Part shown: positions 27,255 through 36,600 of the stretch, piece after piece
Layout of the letters: every line of letters starts with the position of its first letter
Numbering within the stretch: the first letter of the stretch is position 1
Assembly (NCBI GenBank): GCA_963838925.1
Contig: CAWISW010000002.1
Span: 288,001 to 352,000 of the forward strand
Direction of reading: 5' to 3'
DNA: 64,000 bases
Source: an uncultured Nitrososphaerota archaeon
Lineage (GTDB): Archaea; Thermoproteota; Nitrososphaeria; Nitrososphaerales; Gagatemarchaeaceae
Position numbers and translations under genes: made by a program
Notes under the pieces: generated by a model
What the model was told of the DNA's origin: nothing
Databases searched by the model: none
Seen by the model: the letters and a program-made list of their open reading frames with translations, nothing else

Positions 27255-27703
27255 TCGATTGCCAGAAGATCAAGCTCTCGTCCGACCAGCTCGGGCTGAT
27301 CTCCATCTTCCAGAACATGAGCGGCGCCACGGTGAGGGACTGCATCGTCGACGACAAGGGAGGCCGCCTGATATTCATCATAAACCGTGGGCAGATGGGG
27401 CTCGCAATCGGGAAGAAGGGAGCCACCATCCAGAACATCGAGAGGGTCGTGAAGAAGCCCGTCGAGGTCGTGGAGTGGTCGGACGACCCAGCGGAGATGA
27501 TACGGAACGCGCTCGACCCCAGGGCTGTCCAAGAGGTCAGGCTGACCGACAAGCTCGATGGCACGAAGAGCATGTCGGTGATAGTCGACCCTCACAGGAA
27601 GGGGGCGGTGCTCGGGAGGGAGGGGAAGAACGCGGAGAAGGTCCGCCTCATCGCGAAGAAATACTTCAACATCTCCACCGTGCAGATAATTACGGCGTTC
27701 TGA
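27251..27703 (+). CDS. nusA: Archaeal NusA (KH domains)
   Basis: DCIVD, MGLAIGKKG..I..I......VEVVEWS.D, KG.VLGREGKN. Confidence 0.95.
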   Translation: MIDCQKIKLSSDQLGLISIFQNMSGATVRDCIVDDKGGRLIFIINRGQMGLAIGKKGATIQNIERVVKKPVEVVEWSDDPAEMIRNALDPRAVQEVRLTDKLDGTKSMSVIVDPHRKGAVLGREGKNAEKVRLIAKKYFNISTVQIITAF

Positions 27704-27748
27704 GCGCCGAACCCTTTTATACACAACGAGGAGCACGACGCTGAACCA

Positions 27749-28177
27749 ATGCCCAGAGGAGAATTCGCGGGTCGTCAGGTGAAGCTCAAGAGGCAGAGGT
27801 TCCGCTGGAGCAACAAGTACTACAAGAGGAAGATCCTCAGGCTCGACGTGAAGGCTGACCCGCTAGAGGGCTCCCCCCAGTCGAGGGGCATCGTGCTGGA
27901 GAAGGTCGGCATCGAGTCGAAGCAGCCCAATTCCGCTATCAGAAAATGCGTCCGCGTCCAGATCGTAAAGAACGGGAAGCAGGTCACCGCCTTCCTCCCC
28001 GGCGACGGCGCGCTCAACTTCGTCGACGAGCACGACGAGGTGACCCTCGAGGGCATCGGGGGCTCCATGAAGCGCGCCATGGGAGACATCCCAGGAGTGA
28101 GATGGCAGGTCTCCAAGGTCAACGGCGTGTCGCTCAACGAGATGGTCTACGGCAGGAAGGAGAAGCCTCGGAGATAG
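27749..28177 (+). CDS. rps12: 30S ribosomal protein uS12
   Basis: [42 protein letters not shown]. Confidence 0.99.
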   Translation: MPRGEFAGRQVKLKRQRFRWSNKYYKRKILRLDVKADPLEGSPQSRGIVLEKVGIESKQPNSAIRKCVRVQIVKNGKQVTAFLPGDGALNFVDEHDEVTLEGIGGSMKRAMGDIPGVRWQVSKVNGVSLNEMVYGRKEKPRR

Positions 28178-28183
28178 GTCGTC

Positions 28184-28792
28184 ATGAGCACCAAGCTGGA
28201 CTATCCTAACCTCCTCCTCTGGAACAAGTGGGACATGACCCACGTCAAGGTCGAGGACCAAGGCCTTGCGAGCGTGATCGACCTCAGGCCGATGCTCATC
28301 CCGCACTCCGGCGGCAGGCACGAGCACCAGAAGTTCTCGAAGACCAAGGTCAACGTCGTGGAGCGCCTCGTGAACCAGCTCATGCACTTTGGGAAGAAGC
28401 ACGCCAAGAACACGGGAAGGATGGGCGGGAAGAAGCAAAAGGCGATGAGCATCGTCCGGACGGCTTTCGAGATAATACAGATCAAGACTGGCGGCAACCC
28501 AGTCCAGTATCTCGTCAAGGCGATCGAGAACTCGTCTCCCAACGAGGACACCACTCGCATGAGCTACGGAGGGGTCGTCTACCACATCTCAGTGGACATA
28601 TCTCCGACGCGAAGGATCGACCTGGCGCTGAGGTCCATATCAGAGGGCGTGCGGGAAGCGTCCTTCGGGACGTCGCGCTCGGTGGAGGAGGTCCTCGCAG
28701 ACGAGATAATCGCGGCGGCAAGCGGCGACTCGAACAGCTTCGCCGTCAAGCGCAAGAACGAGCAAGAAAGAATCGCGATGGCCTCCAGGTAG
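28184..28792 (+). CDS. rps7: 30S ribosomal protein uS7
   Basis: PHSGGRH, VERLVN, NPVQ.LV.AIEN..P.EDTTR, VDISP.RR.D.AL, E.ERIA.ASR. Confidence 0.98.
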   Translation: MSTKLDYPNLLLWNKWDMTHVKVEDQGLASVIDLRPMLIPHSGGRHEHQKFSKTKVNVVERLVNQLMHFGKKHAKNTGRMGGKKQKAMSIVRTAFEIIQIKTGGNPVQYLVKAIENSSPNEDTTRMSYGGVVYHISVDISPTRRIDLALRSISEGVREASFGTSRSVEEVLADEIIAAASGDSNSFAVKRKNEQERIAMASR

Positions 28793-28820
28793 GCGGCCGT
28801 CTGCTGTCTCTGAAAGCAGT

Positions 28821-29549
28821 CTAGGACTTCTCCGTCTCTTTCTTCATGGCCATGCCCCTGAGCTCCTTCTCAAGCTCGGGCGGCTCGGCCGTGGAAGCGG
28901 ACGGAGACAAGAGAAACCCTCGGAATAGCTTGAGCAGCTCGTCCCTCCTCGACGCCAGGAGGCGGTGAGCGAATGTGAAGTCGTGCCTCGGGTCCTTTGC
29001 GACCGGAGGGAGCACCTCGAGCCTCGACGTCCTTATCGCGTCCCTGAGGAGGTAGCCCGCCTTCAGCTGGGTCACGAGGTCGTCCTCCGCCCAGATCACG
29101 AGGCTGGGCTTTCTGACCTTCGAGAGCCTCGAGAGCTGGCCTTTGTCGTAGGTGCTCGCGACGAGGAGGAGGCTCTCTATCGTATCAGGCCACTCTATCG
29201 CAACCTCGAGCGCGACCTGCCCGCCCCACGAATACCCCGCGAGCGCCGCCTTGCCTATCTTCATGGCGTCGAGGAGCTCGTGGACTATCCTCGCCTGCTC
29301 CACGTAGCCCGGCGTCTCGCTGGGGTGCGACGACTTGCCGTACCCTACGAGGTCGGGTATCACGAGCCTGTACTTGTCCGCGAGGCCGACGAAGCCCTCC
29401 CAGTCCCTCCAGCTCGGCTGCCTCTCCTCTCCGTGGAGCATGACCACCACCGGCCCGGCGCCAGCCGTGGCCACGTTGACCTTGTACTCTCCGAGCTCAA
29501 CTACCTTCTCTTCGACCGCGCCTGCGGCCCCCTGCTTCCCTGCGCTCAT
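28821..29549 (-). CDS. Alpha/beta hydrolase
   Basis: MLHG, PDLVGYGKS, nucleophile GYSWGG, WAEDD, C-terminal His (AH). Confidence 0.85.
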   Translation of the reverse strand: MSAGKQGAAGAVEEKVVELGEYKVNVATAGAGPVVVMLHGEERQPSWRDWEGFVGLADKYRLVIPDLVGYGKSSHPSETPGYVEQARIVHELLDAMKIGKAALAGYSWGGQVALEVAIEWPDTIESLLLVASTYDKGQLSRLSKVRKPSLVIWAEDDLVTQLKAGYLLRDAIRTSRLEVLPPVAKDPRHDFTFAHRLLASRRDELLKLFRGFLLSPSASTAEPPELEKELRGMAMKKETEKS

Positions 29550-29669
29550 CGTTCCCCTCCAATTTTCTCTTGGTATTATCTCATTCTACTGTGAAAACGC
29601 CCCGCCCACGCTGGAAATTTGACTTTCATACCGTTAATATACCGCCTCGACGCTTTTCCCACAGGAATC

Positions 29670-29834
29670 ATGCCCCAGGAACCCATGAGCTACTTCGGAT
29701 GGCTTATGAACTGCTGCGTGAGCGACGAGCGGTCCTCCGCGGGCGAGAGGCTCACGGCTGCGCTCGTCTTCGCCTCGGGGATGGCGGCGAGCGGGCTCAC
29801 ACTGTACCTGGCAGGCCTCCTCCACATTATCTAG
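29670..29834 (+). CDS. Small hypothetical membrane peptide
   Basis: ATG 29670 about 30 nt after TTAATATA; 54 aa with a CC motif and a C-terminal TM. Confidence 0.45.
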   Translation: MPQEPMSYFGWLMNCCVSDERSSAGERLTAALVFASGMAASGLTLYLAGLLHII

Positions 29835-29935
29835 CGACGCGGACTTTCGTCTAAGGAATTCGACCTGTGTGTCGAGAAATACTATTCTCGCCCCATTTAC
29901 CAACTCTCCGTCGTATCATGTTTAGGTATCCAATA

Positions 29936-30142
29936 ATGGGACGAAAAATCGTACTGTTCGGATTTTGGTTGGTCGGGTACGCTCTGGGCTTCTTCGCTTG
30001 GCTCGTGAGGGCACCGGTCATCACCTGGGTCATGACCCTCGGTATCAGCGCGGACGTGGCAGGCGCGATGATCACGGGGTTCGCGAGCTCAATCGTGATG
30101 CTGGTCGGCGTGATGCTCTGGAGCTTCCTCTCTAGGCAGTAG
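29936..30142 (+). CDS. Small 2-TM membrane protein
   Basis: 68 aa from ATG 29936 (MGRKIVLFG), two hydrophobic helices. Confidence 0.55.
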   Translation: MGRKIVLFGFWLVGYALGFFAWLVRAPVITWVMTLGISADVAGAMITGFASSIVMLVGVMLWSFLSRQ

Positions 30143-30959
30143 TTCCGCCTTCTTCACCCTCTGAAGGAGAAGAGGTCGGGCTACCCGCCGCATCTTTTTG
30201 TTCCTGCTGCGGTTGTCCCTGGTCCCAGACTCCCGGTATCGCACCGGCGTCTTGCGCGGATTCTGCGGCCTCCCGCGCCTGAATCTCTGGCGCTGACCTC
30301 CTCGCCCTCTTCCAGAAGACGAGCGCCCCCGCGAACACGACCGCGAAGGGAATCCACGTCAGGAGCGCATAGACCGGCCCATCTGGCGACGAGCCTGCTA
30401 TCTGGATCTCGCTGACCTCGAAGACCGCCGCGACGCCGAGGACCCCGGCGATCAATATGATGTTGACGACCAGGAACCTCGTCTCCCTGACGAACCTCGC
30501 CCAGCCGACCTTGAACCCGATGTACACCGCATAGATCAGGTAGAGCCCCTCGGCTGCCGCGATCGCGTAGGCGGGGAGCTCCAGCCACGTGCTCGGCAGG
30601 AAGAAGAGATTGCCAAGCGCCAGCCCGACGCTCACTCCCTTTATGACGGCTATCGCCTCGACTATCCTCGCGGTCTCGTAGAGGGACAGACCGAAGATCA
30701 ACAGCCCAAAGGCAGGGATGAGCTCGACGATGGACACCCTGAAGTTGTTGGCGAATATCCCCCCGACCTGACCGACCGCCGACTGGTTCAGCACCGCGGA
30801 GGTGCTGTTGTACTGCTTCTCGTAGGTCGTCAGCTCCGAGGGGAAGAAGGCGGAGTTCGATACCGCCACTATGACCGCGAGCTCGATTACGAAGAGGGCG
30901 GCTATCAGCGGCCAGCGCTTCCCGACGATTATCTTCAGGATGTCGAGGGTGGAAGTCAA
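30132..30959 (-). CDS. SpoIIM (DUF95)-family membrane protein
   Basis: IFANN..V....IP.FG, LPSTWLELPAY.IA...G, L.VAA.FE. Confidence 0.8.
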   Translation of the reverse strand: MTSTLDILKIIVGKRWPLIAALFVIELAVIVAVSNSAFFPSELTTYEKQYNSTSAVLNQSAVGQVGGIFANNFRVSIVELIPAFGLLIFGLSLYETARIVEAIAVIKGVSVGLALGNLFFLPSTWLELPAYAIAAAEGLYLIYAVYIGFKVGWARFVRETRFLVVNIILIAGVLGVAAVFEVSEIQIAGSSPDGPVYALLTWIPFAVVFAGALVFWKRARRSAPEIQAREAAESAQDAGAIPGVWDQGQPQQEQKDAAGSPTSSPSEGEEGGTTA

Positions 30960-31386
30960 GTCCTTCGCTTTTCACCAGACCGAGGCGACCCGTCTTGAGG
31001 GCGAGCGAGAACCCGCGAGACACACAGCCGCGAGGCACACGAACTGACTCAAGATGACGCGCCTGTCGCCTCACGCCCGAGCGCTTGGGTATAAGGTTAC
31101 GCAGCGAGAGCTACGAGTTGTGAGCGCGTGGAACTTCGCCAGTCTCGCGCGGGACAAACCGCTCGTGCGCCTTCGAGAGGCCGGTCGGCGGCTCTTGGCC
31201 CCATGCGACCCAGAGTAAGATTGGAGGCAGAAGAGCACCTCAAATCCTCACGAAGGGGCGATTCAATGGGCAAACGGCATTCTGAGGGTCAGTTCTTCCC
31301 CTCCTTGGTTTTCAAAAGCGGTTTCCGACGGCTAAACCTTAAATAATATCTCGAGGGGGTCTTTTCGTATACCGAGTTAATGCGTA

Positions 31387-32712
31387 ATGGCAGACAAACC
31401 ACACCTAAACCTGATTGTTACTGGTCACGTAGACCACGGAAAGAGCACGAGCATGGGTCACTTCCTCTTCGACCTAGGAGCAGTAGACGATAGGACGATC
31501 GAGGAATACGCGAAGGAGAGCGAAAAGACCGGAGCTGGCGACTCGTTCAAGTACGCCTGGGTACTCGACCAGCTGAAGGACGAGAGGGAGAGAGGAGTCA
31601 CAATCGACCTCGCCTTCCAGAAGTTCGAGACTCAGAAGTACTTCTACACGCTCATCGACGCTCCGGGGCACCGCGACTTCATCAAGAACATGATCACAGG
31701 CGCCTCTGAGGCCGACGCCGCGGTCCTGGTCGTGTCCGCAAAGACAGGAGAGAAGGACACCGCGCTTGGCCCAGGCGGCCAGGCGAGGGAGCACGCGTTC
31801 CTTCTGAAGACCCTCGGAGTAAACCAGGTCGTCGTCTGCATCAACAAGATGGACGACCAGACCGTGAAGTACAGCGAGAAGATGTTCAACGACGCAAAGC
31901 AGGACGTCGAGAATCTCCTGAAGGCGTCGGGCTACAACATCACCAAGATCCGCTTCATCCCGGTCTCTGGCTGGACAGGCGAGAACTTGGCCAAGCCGAG
32001 CACCAACATGCCCTGGTACAAGGGGCCGATCCTCCTGCAGGCGCTCGACGAGTTCACCGAGCCGCCGAAGCCGATCGACAAGCCTCTTCGCGTCCCGATC
32101 CAGGACGTCTACACGATCACAGGCGTGGGCACCGTCCCCGTGGGACGGGTCGAGACCGGCCACATGAAGGTCGGCGACCCGGTCATCATCATGCCCGAGG
32201 GCCTGCCAGCTGAAATCAAGTCCATCGAGACCCACCACACTCCGATGCAAGAGGCGTTCGCAGGCGACAACATCGGGTTCAACCTCAGGGGCGTATCGAA
32301 GACCGACTTCCACAGAGGCTCGGTCCTTGGCCCTCCAAGCAGCCCCCCCACCATCGCGAAGGAGTTCCTGGCACAGATCATCGTGGTATTCCATCCGACT
32401 GCAATAGCGGCTGGCTACACCCCGGTCCTCCACGCGCACACGGCGCAGGTGGCAGCGACCATCACTGAGCTGGTAGCGAAGATCGACCCGAGGACAGGTC
32501 AGGCGACCGAGGAGAAGCCAAAGACCATCAAGACCGGCGACTCGGCAATCGTCAAGATCACGCCTCTCAGGCCGCTCGTGCTCGAGACCTTCAAGGACTT
32601 CCCTGAGCTCGGAAGATTCGCTTTACGCGATATGGGTAGCACGGTCGCTGCTGGTATCGTGAAGGAAGTCACAGTCAAGGGCACGATAGAGAAGGCAGTC
32701 GCGAAGCAGTAG
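31387..32712 (+). CDS. tuf: Translation elongation factor aEF-1alpha
   Basis: GHVDHGKST, ERERGVTID, DAPGHRDF, NKMD, GVGTVPVGRVETG, LGRFALRDMG; promoter CCTTAAATA at about 31337-31345. Confidence 0.99.
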   Translation: MADKPHLNLIVTGHVDHGKSTSMGHFLFDLGAVDDRTIEEYAKESEKTGAGDSFKYAWVLDQLKDERERGVTIDLAFQKFETQKYFYTLIDAPGHRDFIKNMITGASEADAAVLVVSAKTGEKDTALGPGGQAREHAFLLKTLGVNQVVVCINKMDDQTVKYSEKMFNDAKQDVENLLKASGYNITKIRFIPVSGWTGENLAKPSTNMPWYKGPILLQALDEFTEPPKPIDKPLRVPIQDVYTITGVGTVPVGRVETGHMKVGDPVIIMPEGLPAEIKSIETHHTPMQEAFAGDNIGFNLRGVSKTDFHRGSVLGPPSSPPTIAKEFLAQIIVVFHPTAIAAGYTPVLHAHTAQVAATITELVAKIDPRTGQATEEKPKTIKTGDSAIVKITPLRPLVLETFKDFPELGRFALRDMGSTVAAGIVKEVTVKGTIEKAVAKQ

Positions 32713-32833
32713 ACTGCCCCTCATCCCTCATTTCTTCTCGGAGGTTCTCTCTTGCTCTCGCGCGGCGCGAGAGGGCCTGGTCCACGAAGGCGAAGACGTA
32801 TTACTCGGCAGATCTCCGGGCGCCTGAACGAAT

Positions 32834-33133
32834 TTGTCAGCCTCCCCGGCGATTGTCTACGACGGATTTGAGTTCCAGGAGAAGGCGACGCTAGCGCAGT
32901 ACGTCTCCCTGAAGAGGAGGTTCGGCGTGACGACGTTCGTTGCCATGGCAACGCTCGCTCCGGCCCTCGTCCTGCTGCTCGTGTCGTACGTCTCGCCTTC
33001 CACCGCGTCTCCGTATCTCTACCTGGTCTTCCTCGCGGTCTCGATACCCTTCTCGGTCCTCAGCTTCAGGGCCAACTCGAGAATCACCGAGATAATCAAC
33101 TCGAACGAAGTCAGGCACGTCGGATTCGCCTAG
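32834..33133 (+). CDS. Hypothetical 2-TM membrane protein
   Basis: 99-aa ORF with two hydrophobic segments; start uncertain. Confidence 0.5.
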   Translation: MSASPAIVYDGFEFQEKATLAQYVSLKRRFGVTTFVAMATLAPALVLLLVSYVSPSTASPYLYLVFLAVSIPFSVLSFRANSRITEIINSNEVRHVGFA

Positions 33134-33209
33134 ACCGAACAGTCGCACCCGGCCGTCGCCGGGAGCTTTTGGAGGAGAGCTATCCTCGCGGTTTGGGTGA
33201 CCGAGCGTC

Positions 33210-33389
33210 CTACGGACCTTCGAAGCCGCAGTTGACGCACTTGTATCTTCGAGAGAACTTCCTGCAGAGCTCGTCGCGCCAGATAAGCACCTGGTGGCAG
33301 TTGGGGCAGTTGAACCTGACCGCCTTGGTGCCCGGCAGGATCGGCCGGTTGCAGGAGGTGCAGTGCGATAGCGAGAACCCTTCGGTCAT
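33210..33389 (-). CDS. Small zinc-finger protein, HVO_2753/DUF1610-like (absent from ORF track)
   Basis: Manual translation MTEGFSLSHCTSCNRPILPGTKAVRFNCPNCHQVLIWRDELCRKFSRRYKCVNCGFEGP; TTTAATAAA box about 25-30 nt upstream. Confidence 0.88.
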   Translation of the reverse strand: MTEGFSLSHCTSCNRPILPGTKAVRFNCPNCHQVLIWRDELCRKFSRRYKCVNCGFEGP

Positions 33390-33692
33390 CCTTGTCGTCA
33401 GGCCGACTTCGCTGATTTATTAAACTAGAGCCTCGCCGAGCGCCTAGGCTCCGCGGACAAGGCATTTCCAGTCGCCCGTCGCCGCGCCCTCGCTCGCCCC
33501 GCCAAGCCTCGCGGGTTAGACGCTTGCACCATAACCCATTAAGTATGCTCGCCGCGAAGAGACGAACATCCGAGCCAAGCATGAGATACGAACAGAGCGC
33601 GCCTCGACGCTGCTGCGGTAACCGTCTTGACCGACAAGGGATTCCTCCTCACAAACCTTTAATGGGTCACGAAGGGAGTTAGAGTGGGATAA

Positions 33693-36600
33693 TTGCGATT
33701 TTTTGCCCGAAGGACGTTATTCCCAGTCCCCGCGTTTGCCATCTTGCTCCTGCTCCTCCTGCCTTCCTTCCTGGTCATCGGCGAAAACAGGGCATCGGCG
33801 GCGACATCGCCCGTTGGCACCTCTGTCCCTCAGGTGGCAGTCCCCTCCACTCCGAGCCCCCTCTCGACCTACAAGAGCGCCGGCGCCGCGGACCCCGGCA
33901 TGTCGGTGCTCGTCTCCGTGGTCATACCGCTCCGGAACCTGCCCCTCCTTAGCGCGTACGTCAAGCAGACCTCCGACCCAAGCTCGCCCAGCTTCAGGCA
34001 GTTCCTCAACAGCAGCGAGGTGAGCCAGACGTTCCTGCCGACACAGTCGCAGTACCAGTCGGTCGTCGACTACCTCACAGCAGGCGGGTTCACGCTGGTG
34101 TCCTCCTCCCTCAACTCGATGATAGTGGTTCGCGGAACCGCCGCCCAGGTGAGCCAGTACCTCGGGCAGAAGGTCCAGCTCTACACGAACGGAACGTACT
34201 CCTACTACCAGACGACCGGCACGAGCACGCTCTCGGGAGCGTACTCGTACGGGTCCAACTCCAGCGGCCTCTTCATGCGCCCCAACTTCATAAAGTCGGG
34301 AGGCTCGGCTTCGGGAGCCCTCCCCAGCCAGAACGTGACCTTCACAGAGGGCGGGCAGCCGACGAAGGTGCTGCAGACCGTGTACAACTCGACAGGCCTC
34401 CTCGCCAATGGCGACAACGGCAAGGGGTACACGGTGGGCCTGCTGGACTTTTACGGTTACTCGCTGGTGAAGAGCGACCTGGCGCTCTACGACCAGACCT
34501 ACGGTTTCCCAGCCCCCCCGAGCTTCACCGTCAGCCCCATTGGCCCGTACAATCCGAACCTCGGCACGCCTCTGGGCTGGGACGGTGAGATAGACCTCGA
34601 CGTCCAGGTCTCCCACGCGATGGCTCCCGGGGCGAACATCGTCCTCTACGCCGCCAACGGCGAGCTTCCGCTCTCCACGGCGATCGCAGCGATAGTCCAA
34701 GACGGGAAGGCGAACGTCGTGTCGCAGAGCTTCGGCATCCCAGAGTGGGAGTACTACGAGATAGGGCCGCTCTCATACCTCTTCAACATGGTCTTCGCCG
34801 ACGACTACTACATGCTGGGCTCCGCCATGGGCATGAGCTTCCTCTCCTCTTCAGGCGACGCCGGGGGCAGCGGCTACAGCGTGGGGCCCGAGGGAGGCGC
34901 GGAGTACCCCGGAGCGTCTCCATACGTGACCACCCTCGGCGGGACAGCCACCTACGTCTCCACGACGACGAGCGGCGCGTTGAGCTTCAACCAGACCGCG
35001 TGGTCGAACATCGGCTTCGTCCCCTACCTCGTGAACGAGGGCGGCAGCGGAGGGGGGGTGAGCATCCTCGAGCCCACCCCGTGGTACCAGTCATCCCTGC
35101 CGGTGCCTCCCTCCTTCCCTGACGGTCGCATGATCCCCGACCTCTCGCTCGACTCCAGCGGCACGCCAGGCACCTTCGTAATCTACCAGGGCGCTCCCAC
35201 CCCGTTCGGCGGAACGAGCGAGGCGAGCCCGCTCTTCGCGGGCCTGCTCACATTGCTGATGGGGGCAGAGAAGGGGAGCCTAGGGCTCGTCAACCCGGCG
35301 CTCTACCAGCTGGCGGAGGGCGCTCAGACCTATCAGAAGGCCTACACTCCGATAACGTTCGGCTACACGACCCCGTGGGTCTCGAAGTTCGGGTACAACC
35401 TCGCAACGGGCTGGGGGGCCCCCAACATCGGTGAGATCGCGAGACTCTACGGCACGGTGGGCTCGTCCGGCTCGGCCTTGAAGGTCGGCGTGGGCATCGG
35501 GAACCCGGGGAAGTACAACTTCACCGACTTCGCCCCCGGTCAGAAGATCGACGTGGTCGCCGGAGTCACCACCTCCACCGGCCTCCTGGTCACCACAGGC
35601 GCCTTCACCGCGAGCCTCCAGACCCTGGCGGGCAGCACGTCCCCCGTGACCTTGTCGTACAACGCCACCCAGAAGGCCTGGTCAGGGACGATCGTCGTGG
35701 GGAGCGAGGCAGGCGTGGCAAACATCAACGTGGCGGGGAACGCGGGCACCCAGAGCGGGCAGGGGTTCGCCACGACCTTCGTGGGCTACCTCTCGGCCTT
35801 CGTCCAGCCGGTCTCCCCATACCCGTGGACATTCGCCCCCGGGTTGGAGGTCGCGGTCTCCATCAGCGACCTCTTCGGGAACGCCCCTCCGTTCGCGACC
35901 GCCCCCATCAAGTTCCAGTCGTACTCGATACTGACGAACACCTACAAGGACGTGGGGTTCTCCAACCTGAACTACTCCAGCATCAGCGGCTACTACATCG
36001 GGAACCTGCAGGCGAACTTCCCCAGCGGCCCAATGACCATCGTGACCACGGGGTCTGTGGCGGGGATCCTTCCCTTCGTGAGCGGAATAAGCCTCCTGGG
36101 GTCCACCGTCTATCCGCAGGTGGTCGCCGAGCCGGGCTCGGTGGCCCCGGGGCAGTCGCTCACAATCGTCGCTTCCCTCACCGCGCCTGAGAACGTCTAC
36201 CTGACGACCTCGCTCTCCACCGGCACCACGCTGGGAGCTACGATAGCCGAGGGCTCCAACGTGACCGCCACGCTGGTCAGCCCGTCCGGGTTCAAGCTCG
36301 AGACGGTGTCCCTCCCCGAGCAGCCCTGCGCGCAGGCGCTGAGAGTGTGCGGGGCGACCCTGACGCTGATCAACGGCTACATGACAATCCCCGCCAACGC
36401 GACGCCCGGCCTCTACACCGTCCTCCTGAACGCGGGATACAACGACGAGACGACCGGCTACGACTACACCGGCTCCTACTTCGGGCAGATCTACGTCGCA
36501 GCGGGCGCCTCCACCCCGGCGGTCTCAGTCAGCCCCTCCACGCTCTTCGAGGGGGAGAACGCGACGATTAAGGCGAGCATCACCTATCCCAGCGGGAAGG

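Noticed and set aside
31100-31330. RNase P or SRP RNA in the gap before tuf
   Set aside because: GGAACTTCGCC and GAAGGGGCGA are only about 125 nt apart with weak pairing; no GAGGAAAGUCC/ACAGAA..GCUUA or SRP helix-8 motif on either strand.
33536-33682. Possible 33-aa ORF (ATG 33581) after a TATA-like box
   Set aside because: No motif, atypical codons, and it overlaps the S53 promoter; cannot be supported.
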